The notes beneath the pieces were generated by a model. It ran no database searches. It saw only the letters and a program-made list of their open reading frames with translations, and had not been told where the DNA came from. Below, in pieces: positions 28,356 through 35,890 of a stretch of 64,000 bases of DNA (positions within the stretch are counted from its first letter, which is position 1; the number at the start of each line of letters is the position of its first letter). A program made the position numbers and the translations under genes. This DNA comes from a virus (taxonomy: Duplodnaviria; Caudoviricetes): the IMG/VR virus record IMGVR_UViG_3300027870_000002, positions 1,202 to 65,201 of that record; one strand, written 5' to 3'.

Positions 28356-28669
28356 GTGTGTACAACCCTCTTGACGTTAAATGCTTTTATTGCTAATTGA
28401 CATCCCTTGCATGGCTTTGCACACAAAGGCGCGCCCTGCGCCCCATAACGCTCAATTACAAGCTTATGTGGAATGCCTCGTTTGCTAGCCTTGATGAGTG
28501 CAGCTAGCTCGGCGTGGAGATAAATGCGTTCTGCATTTCCAGAGAGAGAAGCAAAATGTGCTTGAAGTCGATGTGTCTTTGAGTAAGAATTCTCTTCTTC
28601 AGCAAGTAGCCTCCCTCTCTTGTCATACACAGCGGCAATAACGCGCTGTCTAGCTGTCCTTATGCTCAC
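28352..28669 (-). CDS. Cytidine/deoxycytidylate deaminase-fold protein
   Basis: HAE and PCKGC Zn motifs. Confidence 0.8.
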   Translation of the reverse strand: MSIRTARQRVIAAVYDKRGRLLAEEENSYSKTHRLQAHFASLSGNAERIYLHAELAALIKASKRGIPHKLVIERYGAQGAPLCAKPCKGCQLAIKAFNVKRVVHT

Positions 28670-28998
28670 ATTTCGTATTCAACTTCCTTGATTACAAAAG
28701 CACCATTCTTAGCGATTTGTTTTGCATTGGCCTCGTCCATACAAACGGTGTGGGTCAAACCACTGATTTCCCACACAACCAGATAGGCCTTCCTAATGTC
28801 CTTCTCAGGAATCAAATCCTTCATGCACGAGGTCGGCGCGTACCGTCCGTTAGGAAGATATGTGTGAACCATCTCAATACCGTTATTCAAAACCAAGCCC
28901 ACAACACTGCGCTCGTGTTTCATATCTACAGCTACGACACGAACATCTTGTCCGTAGCCATTCTTATACGTCTTTCCCACTTCAATTGGCTTAGCCAC
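28666..28998 (-). CDS. Hypothetical protein
   Basis: SD AAGGAG; IEVGKTYK. Confidence 0.7.
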   Translation of the reverse strand: MAKPIEVGKTYKNGYGQDVRVVAVDMKHERSVVGLVLNNGIEMVHTYLPNGRYAPTSCMKDLIPEKDIRKAYLVVWEISGLTHTVCMDEANAKQIAKNGAFVIKEVEYEM

Positions 28999-29015
28999 TT
29001 TAGTTCTCCTTTAGT

Positions 29016-29092
29016 TGGCGCGCCTAGAGGAATTCGAATCCCCAACCTGCTACTTAGAAAGAAGCTGCTCTATCCAGTTGAGCTATAGGCGC
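29016..29092 (-). tRNA. tRNA-Arg(UCU)
   Basis: Cloverleaf GCGCCTA...TAGGCGC-G-CCA; loop TT-TCT-AA; U-U mismatch in anticodon stem. Confidence 0.9.
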
Positions 29093-29099
29093 AAATGAT

Positions 29100-29283
29100 T
29101 TAGCTCAAGCTGCCGAGCCAGTTCCAGAACGCATAGAGCGCCCAAAAAACAAAAACAATGATATGGGAGACGATGACATACATCCATCCGGTGAGCCACC
29201 AATTTTCCCACGGACGGGCGGAAAAGGCCCCCACCAAAAACATCACCACCAGTAGGGCCACGTAAGTTTGATAGCTGTTCATG
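29100..29283 (-). CDS. Small membrane protein
   Basis: MNSYQTY..., two hydrophobic helices. Confidence 0.6.
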
Positions 29284-29289
29284 TCTTTA

Positions 29290-29730
29290 TCACAGAGAAA
29301 TAGCGAATTTGTTCTTGATGTTCTGCATCGTCTTGTCAGGGACGCCGTGAACACTGGCCTTCCCATGACGATTTTCAACAATGAGGCTGACAAACCTGTA
29401 GCCCGCCTCAACAGCGGGCTGCTGATAGGCCTCAATGTGTGCCGTTTCAGCAGACGTATTGCTGATGACAATATACGGCGTCTTATTTCTCAACGCCTTG
29501 TCAAACTCAGCACGGCAATGGGCATGCACGCCGTCAAGCTTGCGCCAGTCGAAGTCGTATTCACCCTTCTCATTCACCATCCACTTATCGGCTTCGATGT
29601 GAACGACAGGAATGTTGTCCTCAGGAAATTCGTCAACACGACGAGACAAGTTGATGAGCTGAATGAGTTCTTCAGCCAACGATGTTTTGCCGCTGCCCGG
29701 CAAGCCTCTCAAGAAAATAACAAGCATCAA
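29290..29730 (-). CDS. P-loop (AAA_33/polynucleotide kinase-like) protein
   Basis: RGLPGSGKTS, EAD, SNT, HGVP. Confidence 0.85.
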   Translation of the reverse strand: MMLVIFLRGLPGSGKTSLAEELIQLINLSRRVDEFPEDNIPVVHIEADKWMVNEKGEYDFDWRKLDGVHAHCRAEFDKALRNKTPYIVISNTSAETAHIEAYQQPAVEAGYRFVSLIVENRHGKASVHGVPDKTMQNIKNKFAISL

Positions 29731-29836
29731 ATCTCTCCCGGTTTTGCGTCGCGCTCCGGCATGTAGACGGGCGTATAGATGTATGTTCCATCACGATGCC
29801 GCCCAGTGATGGTGAGAAGCCAACAAGCTGGAATTC

Positions 29837-30182
29837 TCATTTCGCCTCCTGTTTCTCTCGCCATTTTATGTAGGCGCCAATCGTAGGATTGGTTATGGCG
29901 TTATAAAGATGCATGGCGCAGTGAGCGTAACCCTGATTTCCACATTTCGTAGCTCGCTCATATTCCGCAACTAAGAAATCTCGTTCTTTTTCCGCTGTGC
30001 TTGGCTCCTGCGCGGGTGGATGCCCTCACGCGTGTGAGTGCCGCGTTCCACCCTTCATGTCGTGCATCTTCCTCGCCAGTGCATAGGATTGCTTCTCCGA
30101 TACAGTTGATGACGTACCACGCTGGCAACACCGCTCCCGCCGCTGCCGAGCTTTCACTGGTTGGGGGTTTGGTCATCACCAT
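29837..30182 (-). pseudogene. Frameshifted modular (Ead/Ea22-type) gene
   Basis: ...GWNAALTRVR continues only in the +1 frame as HPPAQEPSTAEKERDFLVAEYERAT...QEAK*. Confidence 0.5.
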
Positions 30183-30379
30183 AGCTCCCTGTTTCCGGCT
30201 GCGATATCCCACCCGATTTGCCAATGCTCAATGTCACCATTGAGGTACACAAGATCGGCCTCGTAGGAATGACTGTCTCGCGCCCTACCTTCGCGCTGCG
30301 CTTCGTAGCCTCGCTTCCGATACGACTTCTCGCACGCGTACATGTAAGCCTGCTCACCAGCGTGTTGCTGACACATCAC
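30176..30379 (-). CDS. Hypothetical protein
   Basis: RGYEA...HWQIGWD. Confidence 0.6.
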   Translation of the reverse strand: MMCQQHAGEQAYMYACEKSYRKRGYEAQREGRARDSHSYEADLVYLNGDIEHWQIGWDIAAGNRELW

Positions 30380-31305
30380 TCCCCCTTCCGCTGCGCGGCG
30401 ATTGTTCGCAACTGGCGTTGCTCCTCGATGGCTGCGTCGATGCGATCAGCCCATGCCTCAAGCGTCTGCGACGTGTGTTTGCCGTTGTTGACCAAGCGCG
30501 TCCGCATTTCAAGCGCGATAGCGTTCAACGCATCTCTCGCATCCGCGAGACTTGTCGAGCTACTCGACGTTTCGCTGGCGCTCGGTTGGGGGCGGAGGTA
30601 GAGGGGTGTCGTATGCCACGCCAATTGCGCGGTCCCCGGCCATGAAAACGCACGGCTCGCGCGCGGATCAGTCGGATCGCAATAGGCTGCCGGAGTTACC
30701 TCCGCCTGCGCTTCCGGGGCGGGGTGGGCATGGAAGTCGGCCGTTGTCGCCTTGGACCATTTCGAGTACCGAAGTGCATCAGCGATCAGCGTTTCGCGCA
30801 GCGGTTCGTGCGCGCCCATACCGAGCGCGAAACGCAACGGCTGACCGATCGGGCTATTGCCGCCCTGGTGGTGATACAGCACCCACGCGATTGCGCCACG
30901 TGCCGAGTCGGTGAACTCCGGCGACATTTCCACCGGCTCACCACTCCCAACGCCGCGCGGGAATGCGGATTGGATCAGGTCCGCGGCACGTTCCATGTTG
31001 TCGGCGATCTCATCGTAGGCGCCGTCTTTGCTCAATCCGCGCAGGTGCGCGGCGTCGTCACCAAGGCATGCCGCGATGCTTTCGGAGTCTTCCGGCTCGC
31101 TCTGCTCGTGTTTGCGCTCAAATTCACAAGCCTCAGTAGCGAGGAACGCGGCGCACCCATGGAAGGCGAAAGCGTCATGGGACTCTGCCTTATCAAGATC
31201 GCTCATAAACTTATCGTAGGCCCGAGCTTTTGCCCAATCACTCGGCTTGCCTTCGCCGCTGTGGGCGTATTTCTCGTTGGCACTCGTTGGGGTGGGGGTG
31301 TTCAT
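30376..31305 (-). CDS. GC-rich modular Ead/Ea22-like protein (309 aa)
   Basis: Starts MNTPTPTS at an ATGA overlap; linker modules HPAPEAQAEVTPAAY and PLYLRPQPS. Confidence 0.65.
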   Translation of the reverse strand: MNTPTPTSANEKYAHSGEGKPSDWAKARAYDKFMSDLDKAESHDAFAFHGCAAFLATEACEFERKHEQSEPEDSESIAACLGDDAAHLRGLSKDGAYDEIADNMERAADLIQSAFPRGVGSGEPVEMSPEFTDSARGAIAWVLYHHQGGNSPIGQPLRFALGMGAHEPLRETLIADALRYSKWSKATTADFHAHPAPEAQAEVTPAAYCDPTDPRASRAFSWPGTAQLAWHTTPLYLRPQPSASETSSSSTSLADARDALNAIALEMRTRLVNNGKHTSQTLEAWADRIDAAIEEQRQLRTIAAQRKGE

Positions 31306-31463
31306 GGTTGTGCTCTGAGGTAGTGGAACGACACGCAACCGGTTCCAAGGTTGCGCGACATGTACATGGTCCAAAGCGCGGCGATCAGGCTCGCGCCCAC
31401 GTAAACGCATCTGTGCCGATTGGCGTCGGCGTCCCAAAATGAAATCTCGTATCGCGATCCCAT
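31302..31463 (-). CDS. Hypothetical protein (53 aa, absent from ORF track)
   Basis: SD GAGGA; MGSRYEISFWDADANRHRCVYVGASLIAALWTM...; TGA overlaps next ATG. Confidence 0.6.
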   Translation of the reverse strand: MGSRYEISFWDADANRHRCVYVGASLIAALWTMYMSRNLGTGCVSFHYLRAQP

Positions 31464-31515
31464 TACGGCATTTCCTCGCGTTTGGGTTTTTCGCCATATG
31501 CTATGGCTCGGGGGT

Positions 31516-31716
31516 TCATGTGTCTATTCCTGCAACATACGGCACTTTATTGCTGTCATCGAGCACATATACGGGAATCTTTGTCTTGTTTCTGCGCTGC
31601 TCCCTGTCAGCCTTGCGTTTGGCAATAGCAAGATTTAGCAACGCCTTACCTTGGCGCAGGTGGTGGAGAAAACGGCCAGAGGCCGGGTCGAGAATTGGCA
31701 CCATTACTCTAAACAT
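31516..31716 (-). CDS. Hypothetical basic protein
   Basis: SD GGAG, ORF. Confidence 0.55.
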   Translation of the reverse strand: MFRVMVPILDPASGRFLHHLRQGKALLNLAIAKRKADREQRRNKTKIPVYVLDDSNKVPYVAGIDT

Positions 31717-31734
31717 GTTGCATTCTCCAAAAAT

Positions 31735-31791
31735 TGGTGGGCCCTATGGGGATCGAACCCATCTTTCGCGACTTCTCCTTTGAAAGGGCCC
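31735..31791 (-). ncRNA. tRNA-like minihelix (acceptor stem, T arm and CCA; no D or anticodon arm)
   Basis: GGGCCCT-22nt-ATGGG TTCGATC CCCAT-AGGGCCC-A-CCA. Confidence 0.7.
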
Positions 31792-31799
31792 ATTGAATT

Positions 31800-31876
31800 T
31801 GGTGGGCGCGGCTGGGCTCGAACCAGCGACCAAGCGATTATGAGTCGCCTGCTCTAACCAACTGAGCTACACGCCC
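31800..31876 (-). tRNA. tRNA-Ile2(CAU), lysidine type
   Basis: GGCGA-CT CAT AA-TCGCT anticodon arm as in ileX-type tRNA; CCA encoded. Confidence 0.9.
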
Positions 31877-31888
31877 GACGATTTAATT

Positions 31889-32048
31889 GTGCACCACCCT
31901 CGCTCGTGCTACTTGCGACGAATAAGGGCGGCCGCCAACCGTAGCAAAACGTGTACGGCTGGACCCTCTGTTTTGCACGAACACTTCGCGGATTGCGATA
32001 TGCGGGCTGCAGGGGATGCAGCCTTTATTTTTTTGTTGTTCTCGTGCA
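31889..32048 (-). ncRNA. Candidate structured RNA upstream of tRNA-Ile2
   Basis: Stems CCAGCCGTA/TACGGTTGG, CCGCCCT/AGGGTGG, GGCTGC/GCAGCC; G-U pairs favour the minus strand. Confidence 0.4.
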
Positions 32049-32171
32049 GCCATCGACGCGCTTTGTGTTGAGTATACGTCACGTCTATCTCCCGATAGTA
32101 GTTGGAGACGTCTCTCGATTTCTTTGACTGTTTGAATATTGTTGCGTCTAAGCAGCTTGCTCTGTAGATGC

Positions 32172-32312
32172 TTATTCAAAATATTCCTCTTGCTCTTTGT
32201 CTTTGCGGAGCATCTCACGACACTCCAGCTCGTAACAATCTTCGCACAGACACTTCGTGCCGGACGTGTAAACAGCAAACGCACGCCCACATTCAGAGCA
32301 TGGCACGTTCAT
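32172..32312 (-). CDS. Small Zn-finger protein (46 aa)
   Basis: MNVPCSECGRAF...CLCEDCYE. Confidence 0.55.
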   Translation of the reverse strand: MNVPCSECGRAFAVYTSGTKCLCEDCYELECREMLRKDKEQEEYFE

Positions 32313-32314
32313 AG

Positions 32315-32500
32315 CTACTTCTTGACGCGCGCCGCGCGCTTAATGGCGTTGCTGCCAATGTCGTAGCTTTGTCCACACATCTGGTCGCGGCTCTTCGGAA
32401 TGCCGTTGTCATGCAACGGCTTGGGAGTGCTGATATGCACCCAATTCTCGGAAGCGGTGCGAAAAGCGCGGCGGGAGGCGGTGGTAGATTTGGTGTACAT
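32315..32500 (-). CDS. Hypothetical protein
   Basis: SD AAGGA; MYTKSTT... Confidence 0.6.
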   Translation of the reverse strand: MYTKSTTASRRAFRTASENWVHISTPKPLHDNGIPKSRDQMCGQSYDIGSNAIKRAARVKK

Positions 32501-32570
32501 GGCATTTCCTTGCATTCGTGCCAATTGCACGACACAACGGCCTTAGCAACAAAGCCGTTGTAGCGAACAA

Positions 32571-32768
32571 TTATCTCTTTTCTTGTTCAAAGCGCTTTTG
32601 CGCTATGTGTAATTCATGCAGTGCATCTCGTGCGTCATCGTACATGCCCATGTCATAGAACATGTTAAAGACCGCCTTGTCTCTCTTGGCCAAAGAAACA
32701 GAAAATGCAGCATTTGCATGCTGCTTCTCTTGTTGCCTCATTTTATCAATAACAGCTAAGGCGTTCAT
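32571..32768 (-). CDS. Hypothetical protein
   Basis: ORF with SD. Confidence 0.6.
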   Translation of the reverse strand: MNALAVIDKMRQQEKQHANAAFSVSLAKRDKAVFNMFYDMGMYDDARDALHELHIAQKRFEQEKR

Positions 32769-32803
32769 GCACCTATTCCTAGGCCAACAGGCTGCGTATT
32801 CAT

Positions 32804-33169
32804 TTATTTCAATCCCTTGGGTGGCTGCAAACTGAATCTGTTACACAAGTCGAGCACGTCCCGCTTGAAGAGATTGATAAAAGCAGGCCCGGCGTACCCG
32901 CTGTTGGCGTCGTGGCAGATTTGCAAATGGTGCACAAAAGCTGCTTCATGCGAGCTAACACGCCCTTCATTAACAAGAAAAAGCCAACTTCCTGTGAGAG
33001 TTTCTCTTCCAGATGGTTTAAGAAAAGGAGCGGCAGCGCATCCAATACCTGCGTAGGAGCAATTGCCATTCCGCATAGAAGGCTCGCCATTCTTGAGAAC
33101 ATGCGCAACAGACATGTTCAACAATTCTTGTTTGGACAAGTTTTTAAATCCCGGAATTGTGTGTTTCAT
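32804..33169 (-). CDS. Hypothetical phage protein
   Basis: HVLKNGEPS...CSY...CAA...LQICHD. Confidence 0.7.
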   Translation of the reverse strand: MKHTIPGFKNLSKQELLNMSVAHVLKNGEPSMRNGNCSYAGIGCAAAPFLKPSGRETLTGSWLFLVNEGRVSSHEAAFVHHLQICHDANSGYAGPAFINLFKRDVLDLCNRFSLQPPKGLK

Positions 33170-33342
33170 GTGAACATTCTCCAAAGCAAATAGAGAGAAG
33201 AAGCAACAAGAACAACATTCCACACAACAAAGCCCTTGCTCTGCTTGTGTGGCTTATTGCTCACCTGAAAAGAGAAAGCAGTGAATTGCGGATAGGTCGC
33301 ACGCAATGCTTTGCGTTGCTCCCGTGTGCTTGGATAGTTCAT
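33166..33342 (-). CDS. Small membrane protein (58 aa, absent from ORF track)
   Basis: MNYPSTREQRK...VVWNVVLVASSLYLLWRMFT; ATGA coupling at both ends. Confidence 0.55.
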   Translation of the reverse strand: MNYPSTREQRKALRATYPQFTAFSFQVSNKPHKQSKGFVVWNVVLVASSLYLLWRMFT

Positions 33343-33728
33343 TTCTTATTTCCCATCATTGAATTTACCCAAGCAGCATTAATTTCCGCCTGCTTGGCAT
33401 ACATTTCTGCCTGTATTTGCGACGGTAGCTTGTTTGCGCCTCCCTGCTTATGCAGGGACGGAGAATCTTCTGTCCTGTACGTTCTGCACCAAATACAACG
33501 AAACACATCAGGCCCATGCGTAGCCTTACAGCCCTTGCATTGCCATCCACATGCCTGCGGCTTTGCAGGAGCGCGTTCGAATTTGGGCTCCATGCTGTCC
33601 AACATTTTTGCTACCGCATGGATACCAATACGCCCTCCCTGATTGTAGCGTGCTGGTGGAGGAGGCGGGGGAGGGTCGGGCGGCTCTGGCGCCCTAAATT
33701 TCTGGTAGCTAAACATAGTCCAGCCCAT
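33339..33728 (-). CDS. Early protein: poly-Pro, capsid-derived peptide, RanBP2-like Zn finger
   Basis: RIGIHAVAKMLDSMEP matches capsid residues 13-28; WxCxxCxxxHx6CxxC. Confidence 0.75.
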   Translation of the reverse strand: MGWTMFSYQKFRAPEPPDPPPPPPPARYNQGGRIGIHAVAKMLDSMEPKFERAPAKPQACGWQCKGCKATHGPDVFRCIWCRTYRTEDSPSLHKQGGANKLPSQIQAEMYAKQAEINAAWVNSMMGNKK

Positions 33729-33955
33729 TACAGAAGGCCCATTTCAGCAAGCTTGACATTATGTGCACGAATATCCTGTGCGTAGAGACTTTTACTACTT
33801 TCTCGGCGCCATTTGTGCCGCTCGCGGACGGAATAGTCGTCCACCATAATACCGTCGCGCCTCATGGACACAACCACTTTCTCACAAACGTCTTCTTCAA
33901 ACAGTGCTGTATTGTAGACAGTGCGCATTACAATTCTCCAAGCAATTCTTTCCAA
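33728..33955 (-). CDS. Hypothetical protein
   Basis: ORF. Confidence 0.55.
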   Translation of the reverse strand: MERIAWRIVMRTVYNTALFEEDVCEKVVVSMRRDGIMVDDYSVRERHKWRRESSKSLYAQDIRAHNVKLAEMGLL

Positions 33956-34143
33956 AACGCAGGAATCCGCTCGTCCCTATAGAACGGGTCGGCTGGTGTG
34001 GCCCTTATAATGTCTGCAAGCTCTGCGTCAAACCAATACAGAGCATTAAACAAACATTGCCCTTTGCGCCATGCACCTCGGCTCTCGCGGAGCATAGAGT
34101 CCGCGCGCCTACTAATAGCGGCAGCGAAGTCTTGTTTGTTCAT
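33928..34143 (-). CDS. Hypothetical phage protein
   Basis: WRKGQCLFNAL...DPFYRD. Confidence 0.7.
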   Translation of the reverse strand: MNKQDFAAAISRRADSMLRESRGAWRKGQCLFNALYWFDAELADIIRATPADPFYRDERIPAFWKELLGEL

Positions 34144-34231
34144 TCCAGTGGCTCCTTATCAATCCAGCACCAGAGAATTGCGGCAATAGAGCCCGCAATA
34201 ATGATGATATAAGCAATGCAGAGCCAATCCC

Positions 34232-34414
34232 TCACACTTTTCCCTTTGTTTTGTTTGCTTTGTCCCAAGATGGGTTGGCAAACTTCAAGAGGTCACGTCG
34301 GCGTATTAGAGACGCCACGGCCGGATCATTTACACTTTTGCAGTTGGCCACCACCTCATGAGTGATTTGGCTGTCCAAATCCCTTATGCGCTGTCTTACT
34401 TCGGTAATTTTCAT
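34232..34414 (-). CDS. Hypothetical early protein
   Basis: SD AAGGAGG. Confidence 0.65.
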   Translation of the reverse strand: MKITEVRQRIRDLDSQITHEVVANCKSVNDPAVASLIRRRDLLKFANPSWDKANKTKGKV

Positions 34415-34516
34415 ACACCCTCCTTATAAACAAGGCATTGTCAATCATGCTGCAACGCTATTAGCGCGAACATGCTTGAAAATGCGTTATTCACCAATTG
34501 CACACCCCTAATTGCG

Positions 34517-34567
34517 ATTATCTGATATGCGAATGATTCTCATTACCTATCGCTAATGATTCTCATT
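34517..34567. promoter_or_regulatory. Two tandem Fur-box-like operators
   Basis: AATGATTCTCATT twice; GGTAATGAGAATCATTCGC is 15/19 to the Fur consensus. Confidence 0.6.
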
Positions 34568-34593
34568 TGAGGCTAAAACCCAGACACGACAAT

Positions 34594-34628
34594 GCCCCTA
34601 GGGAATGAATCCCTAGGGGCGTTTCTTT
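34594..34628. terminator. Strong hairpin terminator after the 281-aa early gene
   Basis: GCCCCTAGGGA-ATGAA-TCCCTAGGGGC. Confidence 0.75.
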
Positions 34629-34640
34629 ATGCTTTATTGC

Positions 34641-35486
34641 TTACGCGGCAACCCTCGCCGGCTCCGCGTCCATGTTTGCAAGGCTTTCGCCTTCACCCTC
34701 GCTTGCGCCTTCCGTAGGCGTTTCCGACCCCTGCGCGGCCTTCCGCGCCGTATCAAACTTGGCGGCCCATGGGCCAATTGCTTGGATGAAACCGTCCTGC
34801 AATGCCTCATCGGCCGAATCTGCCGATACAATGATCGTTGTGAGAAGTTCCGCGATCATAGCTACCGCGGGATTGTCATTGCCCAAAATGGCCTTCTTGA
34901 ACTCATCGGCCATTGCCGCCGCATTCTTGACGCCTTCCGCCTTCGCGATTCGTTCCGCCTTCACGTCTTCGGGCAGCGCTTCGATTTCCGCTTTGATGCG
35001 CGCCTCGTCCAGCTGCCGTTGCGTCATGGACGCTTCAAGCTCCACGCCGGCCCGAATCGCATTGGCGATACGTGACCGGTAGTTTTCCGCCGTGTCCAGC
35101 GCCGCCTTTACCTGCCGATCCAGACGGAACTTGCTTCCGTACAGGTGTGCCAAGCGCTTTTCCACTTTCACGGGAACCGCTTGTTTCCCATCGTCTACCT
35201 GGACGATTTGTGACAGTCCGCCCATGCCGGCGTCATCCAGCGCGCGAAGAATGGACGCGCTTTGCAATTCGCGCTTTACATCGGCGAAGGCGCGATTTAC
35301 CGCATCTTCCGCTTCCGTGCCAGTCTTCTCGCCGATGGCATGAATCGCCAGCGTTACGCTGTCTTTCCATGCGTTGGACGTGACGTTGCGTGAGATTGCC
35401 GTAGTCAGCTTGTTTTGCAGCAAGCCGAACGCTACCAGAGCCGCGCCGGAAAGGCCGTTTTTGTGGGTTGTGATGCCGATAGTCAT
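34641..35486 (-). CDS. First early protein, helical, function unknown
   Basis: SD GGAG, own terminator, Ala/Lys/Glu-rich, GC-biased codons. Confidence 0.8.
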   Translation of the reverse strand: MTIGITTHKNGLSGAALVAFGLLQNKLTTAISRNVTSNAWKDSVTLAIHAIGEKTGTEAEDAVNRAFADVKRELQSASILRALDDAGMGGLSQIVQVDDGKQAVPVKVEKRLAHLYGSKFRLDRQVKAALDTAENYRSRIANAIRAGVELEASMTQRQLDEARIKAEIEALPEDVKAERIAKAEGVKNAAAMADEFKKAILGNDNPAVAMIAELLTTIIVSADSADEALQDGFIQAIGPWAAKFDTARKAAQGSETPTEGASEGEGESLANMDAEPARVAA

Positions 35487-35571
35487 GGTAAAATCTCCGT
35501 TAGGTTGTCTATGGCATAACGTGCGTTATTGCACGCTATGCGCCTAATATACTGGGAACAAGCGCCTACCC

Positions 35572-35599
35572 ATTATCGGATATGCGAATGATTCTCATT
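35572..35599. promoter_or_regulatory. Fur-box-like operator; 27/28 direct repeat of 34517-34544
   Basis: ATTATCGGATATGCGAATGATTCTCATT. Confidence 0.6.
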
Positions 35600-35734
35600 T
35601 ACACTAGGCGCATAGCGCGCAAGCGAGGGGATTTTCAAAGAACAAGCCGCGTCCGCCAGCCGTCCCGTTTCGGGATAGCCGCCGCCGCCCGGACACAGGT
35701 CCAGTCGGCAAGCCTAGTATGCACCAGGAAACGT

Positions 35735-35890
35735 AAAGATGGTGTAAAGGAGATGTAAAGAGATGTAAAGACTTGTGAATGCAAATACGAATGATTCGCA
35801 TTCGCATATCACATAAGCCACATTGTATACATATGTACAGGCGGAGCCGCTAGCATGTACATACATACTATCCCCCATTGTATACATTGT
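35735..35890. repeat. Short repeats (GTAAAG x4, CATTGTATACAT x2) in the probable terminus region
   Basis: Visible in sequence; non-coding divergent junction. Confidence 0.5.
35788..35810. promoter_or_regulatory. Fourth Fur-box-like site, inverted
   Basis: Reverse complement GATATGCGAATGCGAATCATTCG. Confidence 0.5.

Noticed and set aside
29016-29092. Amber suppressor tRNA (CUA) and stop-codon recoding
   Set aside because: The canonical 7-nt loop centres on UCU, and conserved genes are not interrupted by TAG.
30376-31497. 373-aa ORF as called in the track
   Set aside because: The first 64 codons overlap a better 53-aa gene with an SD and ATGA coupling; the true start is more likely 31305.
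33585-33632. Antisense RNA against capsid mRNA
   Set aside because: Both copies are in the sense orientation of their own transcripts, and the differences are mostly synonymous.
33640-33695. Portal mimicry (PPDP and QAEM similarity to the portal C-terminal region)
   Set aside because: Low-complexity and too short to be significant.
34517-35890. CRISPR-like mini-array
   Set aside because: Repeats are irregularly spaced with no uniform spacers, and no cas genes are present.
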